From Mobula birostris (taxonomy: Eukaryota), in the NCBI RefSeq assembly GCF_030028105.1, contig NC_092380.1, positions 29,289,144 through 29,353,143 on the forward strand: a stretch of DNA of 64,000 nt, read 5' to 3'. Shown here piece by piece: positions 1 through 10,920 of the stretch (position 1 is its first letter; each line of letters begins with the position of its first letter). Both the position numbers and the translations under genes were made by a program. Under the pieces are notes generated by a model that did not search any database, was not told the DNA's origin, and saw only the letters and a list, made by a program, of their open reading frames with translations.

Positions 1-334
1 AGAGACTGGGAGACACCAGTCAGTGTACAAATCTCCTCCTGAGAGAGAGAGACTGAGAGACACCGGTCAGTGTACAGATCTCCCCCTGAGAGAGACTGAG
101 AGACACCAGTCAGTGTACAGATCTCCCCCTGTGAGAGAGGGACTGAGAGACACCGGTCAGTGTGCAGATCTTCCCCTGAGAGAGACTGAGAGACACTGGT
201 CAGTGTACAGATCTCCCCCTGAGAAAGAGGGACAAGAGACACTGGTCAGTGTTGCAGATTTACCCCTGAGAGAGAGAGAGAGGGAAAAACTTACTGGTCA
301 GTGTGCAGATCTTCCCCTGAGGGAGAGGAACTGA
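1..334. repeat. GA-rich minisatellite array (about 40-47-bp units, core GAGACACTGGTCAGTGTACAGATCTCCCCCTGA)
   Basis: Directly visible tandem units; the same unit recurs at 1147-1435 and 6355-7262. Confidence 0.95.
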
Positions 335-1146
335 GAATATAGAACATAGAACAGTACAGCACAGGAAAAGGCCCTTCACTCACAGTGTTGTGCCAAACCA
401 ACTAAAAATCAAATCAAAAACACCCATTAACTAATCCTTCCTACCTACACAATGTCCATATCCCTCAATCTTACTCACATCCATGTGCCCCATCTAAACA
501 TCTATTAAAAGCCTCTTCCACCATCCCAGGCAATACATTCCAGGCATCCACCACTCTCTGAGTAAAAAACTTACCCCTCACATCCCCTTTGAACCTAACC
601 TGGCTCACCCTCATTGCTTGCCCTCTGGTATTAGACATATCTACCCTAGGAAACAGATACTCCCTGTCTACTGTATCTGTGCCTCTCATAATCTTATACA
701 CTCTATCTGATCTCCCCTCAGCCTCTGACACTCCAGAGAAAACAACCCAAGTTTGTCCAGCCTGTCATGACAGCACATGCCCTCTAAACCAGGGAGCATT
801 CTGGTAAAACTCTTCAGCACCCTCCAAAGCCTAAACTTCCTTCCTCTAGTGGGATGACCACATTTGTATAGAATAATCCAGACGTGGCCTAACCAGAGTT
901 TTATGAAGTTGCAACATAACCCCTTGACTTTTGAACTCAGTGCCTCAACTAATAAAAGCAAGCATTCAATAAGCCTTCCTAACCAACCGTTTGATCTCTC
1001 TAGCCATTTTCAAGGAGCAACGAACTTGGACCCCAAGGTCTCTCAGCTCAGAAAAAACTGTTAAGGGTCTTCTTATTAACAGTGTATTATCTTCTTACAT
1101 TTGCCCTACCAAGGAGCAACACCTCACATTTATCTGGGTTAAACTG
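335..1146 (-). mobile_element. CR1 LINE 3' fragment inserted into the minisatellite
   Basis: Minus-strand ORFs 471-731 and 686-961 give CR1 ORF2 C-terminal motifs (YKIMRG.D.V, FTRMLPGL, FFTQRVV.AWN.LP); reverse of a (TTCTATG)n-type tail at 335-352. Confidence 0.9.
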
Positions 1147-1435
1147 TTCAGTGTACAAATATTTCCGAGACAGAGGGACTGAGAGACATGGGTCAGTGTA
1201 CAGATTTCCCCTGAGAGAGAGAGAGGGAATGAGAGACACTGGTCACTGTACCAATATTCCCCTGAGTGCGAGGGACTGAGAGACACCATTCAGTGCACAG
1301 ATCTCTGCCTAAGTGAGAGAGACTGAGAGGCATTGGTCAATGTACAGATTTCCCCTGAAAGAGAGAGGGACTGAGAAACTCCAGTCAGGGTACAGATCTC
1401 TCCCTGAGAGAGAGGGACTCAGAGACACTGGTATC
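1147..1435. repeat. Continuation of the GA-rich minisatellite
   Basis: Degenerate units of GAGACACTGGTCAGTGTACAGAT. Confidence 0.9.
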
Positions 1436-1589
1436 CTGAACAGAGATGATCACCTGTCAGTGTATAAGTATGCCTCCATAGACGGGGAGTAGAGACTGCG
1501 GTCTTTGTCTGGATATCACACTGAGACAGAGGGACTGAGTGATACACTTCCTGCACAGCAACTGTGGGACGTTAGTCTTTGAACAGATA

Positions 1590-1830
1590 TCCCTTGGGAG
1601 GAAGATCCCAGACAGTTATTTGGAATGAGCTGCCAGAAACAGTGGTTGAGGCAGTCACATTTGCAAATTTAAAAGCCATGTACATAAGTCGATGGATAGG
1701 AGAGATTCAGAGGGCTGTGGTTCAAACAAAGGCAGATGGAATCCCTGAGCGCTCACTGGGCAACATATTTGCCATGGATCAGATGGGCTGAAGGGCCTTT
1801 TTCCATGCTGTATGACTCTATAACTCCATA
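1590..1830 (+). mobile_element. CR1 LINE 3' end fragment
   Basis: WNELPETVVEA motif, then GGGCTGAAGGGCCT...TGCTGTATGACTCTAT 3' UTR and tail. Confidence 0.85.
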
Positions 1831-2199
1831 ACCCCGTGTCAGTGCACTGGGTGACCCCTCCTCCCTCCAAATCCCCCGATCTCACTCCCATCCAGTTTGT
1901 GCTCCCACATTGTTCCGGTGAAACCCACCGTAACCTCAGGGAGCAGCACCTTTGCCCGCTTCACGTGCTGAACAATAACACCAGGTCAGGTCAGGCCACA
2001 CCCCTGGGCTGAGGAACAGAGGTCACGGCTCAGGTCACAGACCCTTTGCTATCCTTGGCTTTAAACTCGGGTTTCCAGCATCTGCAGTTACTTTATCTTC
2101 ATGTCCATGAGCACTAACCTTGTTGTCGTGCTCCTGTGTGGGCCCTGATTGAAAACCTTCTGAGAATCCAGATCTATCACATTGACTGGTCTACTTCTA

Positions 2200-2790
2200 G
2201 ATACAGATTCACAAAGCTTAGAAACAACCTTTCCAGCCCATCGTGTCCAAACTAGCCTCTTTGCCCACCCACACTAACCCCACTTGTCCACATTAGGTTC
2301 CCCTCTCCCGTAAGCTGCCTGTTTCAGAGTGTGTCCAAATGGCTCTGAAACACCGTGATTGTATCTGATCCCAGCACCTCCTCTGGCAAGATCTTCCAGA
2401 TATCAACCACTGTCTTGGTAAGAGCTTAACCTTCAAATCACCATTAAAACTCCTTTCTCTCAACTTCAACTTACCTACTGTTATGTTGCCTTACCACGGG
2501 AAGAGAATTCTCTCTCCCCGATCTAATTATGAACTTATACAGTTATATCCTTCTACCTGTCAGGCACCCCTCAGCTTTTCTTCACTCCAGGGAAAATGAG
2601 CCCAGCCTATCCCATCTCTCCCCATAACTAAAGTCTCCAGTCCAGGCCACACCGCACTCTCTCCATTGTAATCACATCCTTCCTATAATGTGCTCCGTGA
2701 AGATTTGTTTAAGTCCTTGACAATTTCTTCAATCCTCATTGCAAATCTGTCTGGTATCTTCCTTTAATGTACCAATGGGACCTTCCAGGA
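2200..2790 (-). mobile_element. Degenerate CR1 3' fragment
   Basis: Same layout as 335-1146 (CCTCTGGCA..TTCCAGAT..ACCAC, TCACTCCAGGGAAAA..CCCAGCCTATCC). Confidence 0.7.
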
Positions 2791-3149
2791 TTAGACCTAT
2801 GGGATATTGTAGAGGCGAGGTGGGGGTGGAGGGAAGAGATGTGAGAGGGGGTGGTTAGAAAGGATGGAGAGATATTTGAGGAAGGATCAGATGGGGATGC
2901 AAGGGAGGAATGGGGGATGATTTGAAGGAGATGAGGGGTTATTGGAGGGTGGAGAATGAATGGAAGTCAGTGGGGACTGGAGGGGAAGGAAGATGGAGGG
3001 GAAGTGGGGGTGATTGGAGGGGGAAGATACAGTTTTGGGGGTGACAGAACTTTCTGTGGCCTGAGGTGAGATGATGGATCTGTGGATCCTGTGTCACTGG
3101 GAGATTAGGATGGGATTAATCACGGAATCTTTTCTCCTCCCTGGTGCAG

Positions 3150-3282
3150 CGCCTGATTCAACACTGGCGGCCACGTCTCAGAGATCGTTCCTGATTATCA
3201 GACTCATAGTGTTGGTGATTTTCCTGATCTCTGCTGTCCTCACGATTTGCTGGGTCACATGGGGGAACGGAGCTGAAAGAAG
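3150..3282 (+). CDS. Probable transmembrane exon of a type I membrane receptor (stalk plus TM helix with Arg)
   Basis: Polypyrimidine tract and AG acceptor (TTTTCTCCTCCCTGGTGCAG, ends 3149; phase 1); AG|GTAAAT donor at 3283; encodes (A)PDSTLAATSQRSFLIIRLIVLVIFLISAVLTICWVTWGNGAER. Confidence 0.7.
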
Positions 3283-3470
3283 GTAAATGTTTTCAGGCAC
3301 TGAAGCAAAGTGGGTCTGACACTCAGTCCGTGAGACTGGTGACTGGGGGACGGAGGGAGGGGGCAGGAGTGGGGTGATATTGAAATTGGGGTTGGACAGA
3401 GGGGCTACATAGGGTGCAGAAGGACAAAGTTTCAGTACGGACCCCATCACCTCTGCTTTCTGTCCCACAG

Positions 3471-3618
3471 TTCCAAAAGAGATGAACACCGTTTACAGAG
3501 ACTTCAGTGCATGAAGAAAGATTGCGGTGACCGGCAGCCTCCTGAGTGGAACGAAAGGGCAATGGCACATTTCTCCAGGGAAAGGAGAAACTGGGGCACT
3601 GAACCCATCGATCTGTAG
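3471..3618 (+). CDS. Probable terminal cytoplasmic exon of the same receptor
   Basis: Strong acceptor TCTGCTTTCTGTCCCACAG ending 3470. Phase-2 joining to the previous exon stays open (SSKRDEHRLQRLQCMKKDCGDRQPPEWNERAMAHFSRERRNWGTEPIDL) to TAG at 3616-3618. Confidence 0.55.
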
Positions 3619-3739
3619 GACCCCCTCACCTCAACAGAAAAACACACAGCTCTGCACACAGTGATCCTGGGGAAATTAACCTGTCAGTCCACTGGGATCA
3701 GCCTCAGCTCAACACAGAAACGTAAAATGCGACATACAG

Positions 3740-4112
3740 ATACACTGGGTACACTGTCCCACCCCAGTCACTGGGGAACACTGCCCCTACTCACCCAGGC
3801 ACTGGGGTACACTGTCCCCACACTCCCAGTCACTGGGATACACTGTCCCACACACCTAGTCACTGGGATACACTGTCCCCACACTTCCAGTCACTGGGGA
3901 ATACTGTCCCCTACTCACCCGGTCACTGGGGTACACTGTCCCCACACTCCCGGTCACTGGGGAACACTGTCCCTCAACCTCCCAGTCACTGGGGAACATT
4001 GTGCATCACACTCCCAGTCACTGGGTTACACTGTCCCCTCACACACCCAGTCACTGGGGAACACTGTCCCTCAACCTCCCAGTCACTGGGGAACATTATT
4101 GCCCCACTCTCC
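3740..4112. repeat. About 31-32-bp minisatellite (CAGTCACTGGGGTACACTGTCCCCACACTCC)
   Basis: About 11 visible tandem units. Confidence 0.95.
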
Positions 4113-4427
4113 CAAAAACTGGGTTCAATAGGTACATTCAATGTCAGAGAAATGGATACAATATACATCCTGAAATTCTTTTTCTTCTCAAACATCCATG
4201 AAAACAGAAGGGTACCCCAAAGAATGACTGTCAGTTAAAATGTCAGAATCCCTAAGTCCCCCCAGCTACCCCTCCTACACACAAGCAGCAGTAAGGCAAT
4301 GATAACCCCCCACAACCCCACCGGCAAAAAGCATCAGTGTCCTCCACTGAGCACTCAAATGTGCAGCAAAGACACAGACTTGTAGAACTCCAAAAACTAC
4401 TCGTTCACCTGGTATTTCAACATATCT

Positions 4428-4704
4428 GTGGCACGTGGCCAACTGGTTAAGGCGTTGGTCTAGTGATCTGAAGGTCGCTAGTTCGAGCCTCAGCTGAGGC
4501 AGTGTGTTGTGTCCTTGAGCAATGCACTTAACCACACATTACTCTGTGACCGGTGCCAAGCTGTATGGGTCCTAGTGCCCTTCCCTTGGTCAACATTGGT
4601 GGCGTGGAGAGAGGAGACTTGCAGCATGGGCAACTGCCGGTCTTCCATACAACCTTGCCCAGGCCTCAGTCATCATCGAAAATCGATGGACAGCCGCAGA
4701 GAAA
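4428..4704 (+). mobile_element. tRNA-derived SINE with CORE-like central domain
   Basis: A-box TGGCCAACTGG, B-box AGTTCGAGCC, CORE-like GTGTCCTTGAGCAATGCACTTAACC; flanked by TTCAACATA(T/C)CT duplication at 4416-4427 and 4705-4716. Confidence 0.85.
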
Positions 4705-5203
4705 TTCAACATACCTAATCAGGGAAAAAAGGGTGTACCAGTTTCACAGCAAGAGGGAGACATAACAAAGAACTTGCTGATTTATGATGTTAAAAGTCTG
4801 TTGTGTCACTTTTTCCGAGCTCTCCAGAAACACAAAAGGGTGCAGCTATCCAGAAACAACCCCCGGCAGCTAACCCGTTGCTCCCGATGTTTCATATTCT
4901 CCCACGATGCTTCAGTCATGGTCACTGGCCTAGAATCAACATGTCCCCAGAGCCACGAAAATCTGGAACCCTGAAGGTGCGCTTGCCTTCCAGGCCGCGT
5001 TGTTGGGATATCAAAGAGCGCTCGGTCGTAATGTCCTGAGAGCAGGTTCAACTCCCGCAAAGAACTGAAGTCAGGAGGTAACACCAGGTCAGGGTCTTCA
5101 AAAGGATCTTGAAAAAGAGAGAAAGGAGATATCCAAAATAGAAATAGAGCTGGTTGTAAAGGAGTCACCATTTAGCATCATTTTAACTTCACCCCTCTTC
5201 CAT

Positions 5204-6190
5204 GACCCCACACAGTTACAGGGGTAAAGTGTCCTCCACACACCCAGTTACAGGGGTACAGTGTCCACCGCACACACAGTTACAGAGGTACAGTGTCCTC
5301 CACACACACAGTTACAGAGGTACAGTGTCCTCCACACACCCAGTTACAGAGGTACAGTGTCCTCCACACACACAGTTACAGAGGTACAGTGTCCTCCACA
5401 CACACAGTTACAGAGGTACAGTGTCCTCCACACACCCAGTTAGAGGCACAGTGTCCTCCACACACACAGTTACAGAGGTACAGTGTCCTCCACACACACG
5501 GTTACAGAGGTACAGTGTCCTCCACACACCCAGTTACAGAGGTACAGTGTCCTCCACACACACAGTTACAGAGGTACAGTGTCCTCCACACACACAGTTA
5601 CAGAGGTACAGTGTCCTCCACACACCCAGTTAGAGGCACAGTGTCCTCCACACACACAGTTACAGAGGTACAATGTCCTCCACACACCCAGTTACAGAGG
5701 TACAGTGTCCTCCACACACACAGTTACAGAGGTACAATGTCCTCCACACACCCAGTTACAGGGGTACAGTGTCCTCCACACACCCAGTTACAGGGGTACA
5801 GTGTCCTCCACACACACAGCTACAGGGGTAAAGTGTCCTCCACACACACAGTTACAGGGGTACAGTGTCCACCACACACCCAGTTACAGAGGTACAGTGT
5901 CCTCCACACACCCAGTTACAGAGGTACAGTGTCCTCCACACACACAGTTACAGAGGTACAGTATCCTCCACACACCCAGTTACAGGGGTACAGTGTCCTC
6001 CACACACAGAGGTACAGTGTCCTCCACACACCCAGTTACAGGGGTACAGTGTCCTCCACACACAGAGGTACAGTGTCCTCCACACACCCAGTTACAGGGG
6101 TACAGTGTCCTCCACACACAGAGGTACAGTGTCCTCCACACACCCAGTTACAGAGGTACACTGTCCCTACATACCCAGTCACTGGGGTAC
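5204..6190. repeat. 32-bp minisatellite (CAGTTACAGAGGTACAGTGTCCTCCACACACA)
   Basis: About 30 near-identical units; explains the 32-aa periodic ORFs at 5202-6305. Confidence 0.97.
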
Positions 6191-6194
6191 ATTC

Positions 6195-6350
6195 ACTGCA
6201 TTGCCACATCTTGAAGTCACCCTGAGGGTGAAGGAGCAACACCTCATATTCTGTCTGGTTAGCTGCAAATCCAATGGCATGAATGTTGATTTCTCCTTCC
6301 AGTAAAAAATAAATTCCCTCCCCTACTCTTTTCTTCACTCTGCTCCCCCA
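6195..6350 (+). mobile_element. Penelope-like element, GIY-YIG C-terminal fragment
   Basis: Encodes LRVKEQHLIFCL...GMNVDFSF, matching the other Penelope copies in the window. Confidence 0.8.
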
Positions 6351-6354
6351 CCCC

Positions 6355-7262
6355 CAGAGAGAGGAACCCAGAGACACTGGTCAGTGAACTTAGATCCCCG
6401 AGGGACATTGGTCAGTGTAGATATCTCCCCAGCAGAGAGGGACTGAGAGACACTGGTCAGGTATCTTCCTGAGGCAGAGGGACTGAGAGACACTGGTCAG
6501 TGTACAGATCTCCCCCTGAGAGAGGGGGAAACTGAGAGACACCGGTCAGCATACAGATCTCCCCATCAGAGAGGGGCTGAGAGACACTGGTCAGTGTACA
6601 GATCTCCCCCTGAGAGAGAGGGACAGAGAGACACTGGTCAGTGTACAGATCTCCCCCTGAGAGAGAGGGACTGAGAGACACTGGTCAGTGTACGGATCTC
6701 CCCCTGAGAGACACCGGTCAGTGTACAGATCACCCTCTGAGAGAGATAGAGGGACACCAGTCAGTGTACAGATATCCCTCAGAGAGAGAGGGACTGGAAG
6801 AAACTGGTCAATGTACAGACATCTCCCTGAGAGAGAGGGAGTGAGAGACACTGCTCAGTGCACAGATCTCCCTCTTAAGAGAGGATTGAGAGATACCAGT
6901 TAGTGTACAGATCTCCCCCAGAGTGAGAGGTACAAAGGGACACTGGTCAGTGTCTAGATCTCCCCTTGAGAGAGAGGGACAGAGAGAAACCAGTCAGTGT
7001 ATAGATCTCCCCCTGAGAGATACTGGTCAGTGTACAGATCTCCCCCTGTGAGAGAGGGACTGCGAGACACTGGTCAGTGTACAGATTTCTCCCTGAGAGA
7101 GAGGGACAGAGAGACACCAGTCAGTGTACAGATCTCCCCCTGAGAGACACTGGTCAGTGTACAGATCTCCCCCTGAAAGAGAGGGACAGAGGGACACTGG
7201 TCAGTGTATAGATCTGCCCCTGAGAGACACCGGTCAGTGTACAGATCTCCCCCTGAGACACA
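6355..7262. repeat. GA-rich minisatellite with mixed 47-bp and 33-bp units
   Basis: GAGACAC(T/C)GG recurs at 6581, 6628 and 6675 (47-bp spacing) and at 6708 (33 bp). Confidence 0.95.
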
Positions 7263-7429
7263 CCGCTCCAAGTACATTACTGCTACGCCCTCCCAGCAAT
7301 ATCCAATGTATATATACAAGTTCTATAAATATATATACTATATAAAAGAGTTTGAGAGAGAGAAATGGGTTCTTGAATTCTCCTAATAACATGGACATTA
7401 AATATTTTAAAAATTTCTTCATTCTACAG

Positions 7430-7700
7430 GAGCCTCCGCTCCCGCACCAGCAGGCACAGGAAGAGCTTCTTCCCTGAGGCTGTGACCCTGCTGAACCTCA
7501 CATCACAGCACTAAGCAGTGTTGCACCCATATTGTACTGTCTCAGTATTTTTATATTTGTGTGCTGTAGCATTTACTTTTTATTTACAGTTATTTTGTAA
7601 ATAACACTATTCTTTGCATTCCTGGTTGGATGCTAACTGCATTTCATTGGCTTTGTATCTGTACTCGGCACAATGACAATAAAGTTGAATCTAATCTAGT
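7430..7700 (+). mobile_element. Rex1/Babar-type LINE 3' end
   Basis: RTSRHRKSFFPEAVTLLN coding tail, then UTR ending CAATAAAGTTGAATCTAATCTA. Confidence 0.7.
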
Positions 7701-8249
7701 CTATTTATTTGTTTATTAGTTCCCAATGTATATCGACCTGTATCGAAGAGATGGCTTCAAAGTTTAAATTTCAAAGTAAATTTTAATTTCACTGTACGAA
7801 TATGTCTCTGCAAACTACACTGAGAATCATTTTCCTGTCGGGATATTCAGCAAATCTGTAAAATAATAACTGTAACAGGATCAATGAAAGATCAGGTAGA
7901 ATGTAGATCACAACAAACTGTACACAGTATATAAAAGGGAGTGAGAGAGTGGGGTCTCAGCATTTTCTCCCAACAATGTGGACATCAAATATTAGTGTAA
8001 TTTCTCCATTATTTTATTAGTTCCCAATGCACCTGAACTGGAGTGGATCTAATACCCTCATGATGAGGTTTGCTGGTGCTGCATGGGGGTGTTTAAACTA
8101 AAGTTGCAGGGGAATGGGAAGCAGAGTGTTGGAACACATAGTGGAGAGGTTGTGGAGATTGATGTTGTTAGGACCTCAGACAGGAATCAAAAGCTGTATA
8201 ATGGTGCAACTATGATCTGACCTGCATATATTTCAATGCAAGAAGACCG

Positions 8250-8775
8250 TAAGATCATCGAATATAGGAGCAGAGTTAGGCCATTTGGCCCATATCTGCG
8301 CCATTTTATCATGGCTGATCCATTTCCCTCTCAGCCCTAATTTCCTGCCTTCTCTTCATATCCCTTTCATGCCCATGCCAATCAAGAATCTATCAACCTC
8401 TGCCTTAAATATACTGTACCTAAAGACTTGGCCTCCACAGCCGCCTGTGGCAATGAATTCCACAGATTCATCACTCTCTGTCAGAGGAAGTCCCTCCTCA
8501 TCTCCGTTCTGAAAGGACAGTCCTCTATTCTCTGGCTGTGTTCTCCTGTCTTAGACCCTCCCACCATCGGAAACATCTTCTCCACATCCGCTCTCTCGAG
8601 GCCTTTCAAGATTTGACAGGTTTCAATTAGGTCACCTCTCATCCTTCTGAATTCCAGTGAATACAGGCTCAAACCATTCTTCATATGAACAGACCTTTCG
8701 ATCCCGGGATCATTTTCATAAACCTCCTTTGAACCCTCTCCAATGCCCACACTTCCTTCCATAGATCAGGGGCCC
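8250..8775 (-). mobile_element. CR1 3' fragment nested in the CR1 ORF2 copy
   Basis: ORF 8481-8762(-): LYSLEFRRMRGDLIET..ILKGL. Confidence 0.85.
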
Positions 8776-9903
8776 AAAGTATTGTAGGAATGGCAGATAA
8801 GCTCAGGGCATGGATCAACACCTGGAATTATGATATTGTAGTCATTAGTGAGACTTGGTCGCAGGAGGAGCAGGACTGCATCTCAATATACCAGGGTTCC
8901 ATCGTTTTAGATGTGACAGAGCATGAGGGGTTAAAGGAGGAGGGGTGGCAATACTAGTCAAGGAAAATGTCACGGCAGTAGTTAAACGGGACAGATTGGA
9001 GAACTCGTCTAGTGAGGTGCTATGGGTAGATCTGAGAAATCAGAAATGTATTACAGACCACCTAACAGTCCGAGGGATTCAGTAGAACAAATTTGTGGGG
9101 ATATCGCAGACTGTTGCACAAAACGTAAGTTTGTTTTAGTAGGTGATTTTAACTTTCCATATATTGACTGGAACTCCCATATTGTAAAAGGACTAGATGA
9201 GACAGGTTGTCAAATGTGTTCGGGAAAGCTTCCTTACTCAGTATGTGGAAGTCCCAACAAGAGAGTGTGCAATACTTCATCTGCTCTTAGGGAATGAGAC
9301 AGGGCAGGTGACAGAAATTTGCGTGGGTGAACACTTGGTAACTAGTGCTCACAATGCCATTCATTTCAAAGTAAATATGGAAAAAGATAGGCCTGATCTG
9401 CGGGTTAAGATTCTACATTGGAGAAAGGCCAAGTTTGATGGTATCAGTAAGGATATGGCAAGTGCAGATTGGGACAGACTGTTTTCCAGGAAAGGTATAC
9501 TTGGTAAGTGGGAGGCCTTCAAAAGTGAAATTTTGAGAATACAAACTTGTATGTGCTGCCAGAATAAAAGGTAAAAGATAACAGATGTAAGGAATCTTGG
9601 TTTTCGTGAGATATTAAGGTCCCAGTTCAGAAAAAAAAATGTGTGTAGCAGGTAGGAACAAATGAGGTGTTTGTGGAGTATAAGAAATGCAAGGGAACAC
9701 GAAAGAAATCAGGACAGCTAAAAGAAAGCATGAAGTTGCCTTAGCAAATAAGGTGAAGTTCTACAGATATGTTAAGAGCAAAAGGATTGCATTAGGGTTA
9801 GGCGTACTGGTCCTCTGGAGGATCAAAATAGTAATCCATGTATGGAGATAAAAGTGATGGAGGGAGAATTTAAATGGATTTTTTGTGTCAGTATTTACTC
9901 AGG

Positions 9904-9970
9904 CGAAACAGGAGTGTGTGGCAATGGCAGTCAAAGCTCAAACTGGGCATGGCACCTGATGATGATGATG
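9904..9970 (+). mobile_element. 67-bp 5'-truncated non-LTR insertion with (GAT)n tail (RTE-like)
   Basis: Perfect 11-bp TSD ATTTACTCAGG at 9893-9903 and 9971-9981; tail TGATGATGATGATG. Confidence 0.8.
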
Positions 9971-10607
9971 ATTTACTCAGGAGACAGACATAGAGTCGAA
10001 AAAGCAAGGTAAAGTAGCATCAACTTCATGAACTGTATACAGATTACAGAGGAGGAGGTGTTTGCTGTCTTGAGGCAAATTAGGGTGGATAAATCCCCAG
10101 GGCCTGACAAGGTGTTCCCTTGGTCTCTGTGGGAGGTAGGTGCAGAGATTGCTGTGGCCCTAGCAGAGATTTAAATCATCCTTAGTGACAGATGAGATGC
10201 CGGAGGATTGGAGGACAGCCAGTGCTATTCCACTGTTTAAGAACTAGATAATGAGATAGATAGACATAGATTGATTAAGGATAGTCAGCATGCCTTTATG
10301 CTTGGTATGTCATGTTCAACCAAACTTAAAGATTTCTGACGGAGTAACCAGGGCAGCTGATGGAGGGAAGGCTGTGGACGTTGTCGACATGGATATAAGG
10401 GATTTAACAAGTTCTTGCATGGCTGGTTGGTCAAGAAGGTTCAGTCACTTGGCATTCAAGATGAGGTAGTAAATTGGATTAGACATTGGCTTTGTGAGAG
10501 AAGCCAGAGAGTGGATTAGCAAATTTGTGGATGACACCAAGATTGGGGATGTAGTGGACAGCGAGGAAGACTATCATGACTTGTAGCAGGATCTGGACCA
10601 GCTGGAA

Positions 10608-10838
10608 AGGGAGGGAACGTCGACTCAGACCATGAGAGGCCTGTGTCGGGCATTTTCATGCCTTACAAGGCGCAGATTTGGAAGTCTGTGTGGGGTGCCA
10701 CTCCTCGCACAGACACTAGAGCAATATGTGATTAAGTGCCTTGCTCAAGGACACAAACACGCTGCCACAGCTGAGGCTCGAACTAGTGACCTTCAGATCA
10801 CTAGACGAACGCCTTAACCACTTGGCCACATGCCCAGC
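10608..10838 (-). mobile_element. tRNA-derived CORE-like SINE, second subfamily
   Basis: Reverse complement shares head and core with 4428-4704 (TGGCCAAGTGGTTAAGGCGTT...AGTTCGAGCCTCAGCTG...GTGTCCTTGAGCAAGGCACTTAA); it interrupts the CR1 RT region. Confidence 0.85.
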
Positions 10839-10920
10839 ATGTAAAAATGGTCTGAAAAATGGTACATGGAATTTAATGCAGACAACTGAGAGGTGTTACA
10901 CTTTGGTAGGACAGTCCACT

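Larger units (their letters stand above)
8030..10915 (+). mobile_element. CR1 LINE ORF2 (APE endonuclease and RT), degraded and interrupted
   Basis: Motifs YFNAR, YDIV.ISETW, YYRPPNS, VGDFNFP.IDW, KSPGPD, KFVDDTKIG; frameshifts and nested insertions. Confidence 0.9.

Noticed and set aside
4428-4500. tRNA gene
   Set aside because: The tRNA-like head continues into a SINE body with TSDs and has a second dispersed copy.
3740-6190. V(D)J recombination signal sequences in CACTG/CAGTG-rich repeats
   Set aside because: No CACAGTG heptamer with a properly spaced ACAAAAACC nonamer seen.
5202-6305. Long ORFs (up to 310 aa) with repeating THTVTEVQCPP units
   Set aside because: Translation of a stop-poor 32-bp minisatellite; no gene structure.
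1-7262. CRISPR-like appearance of the regular repeats
   Set aside because: No unique spacers, no cas genes, vertebrate context; these are tandem minisatellites.
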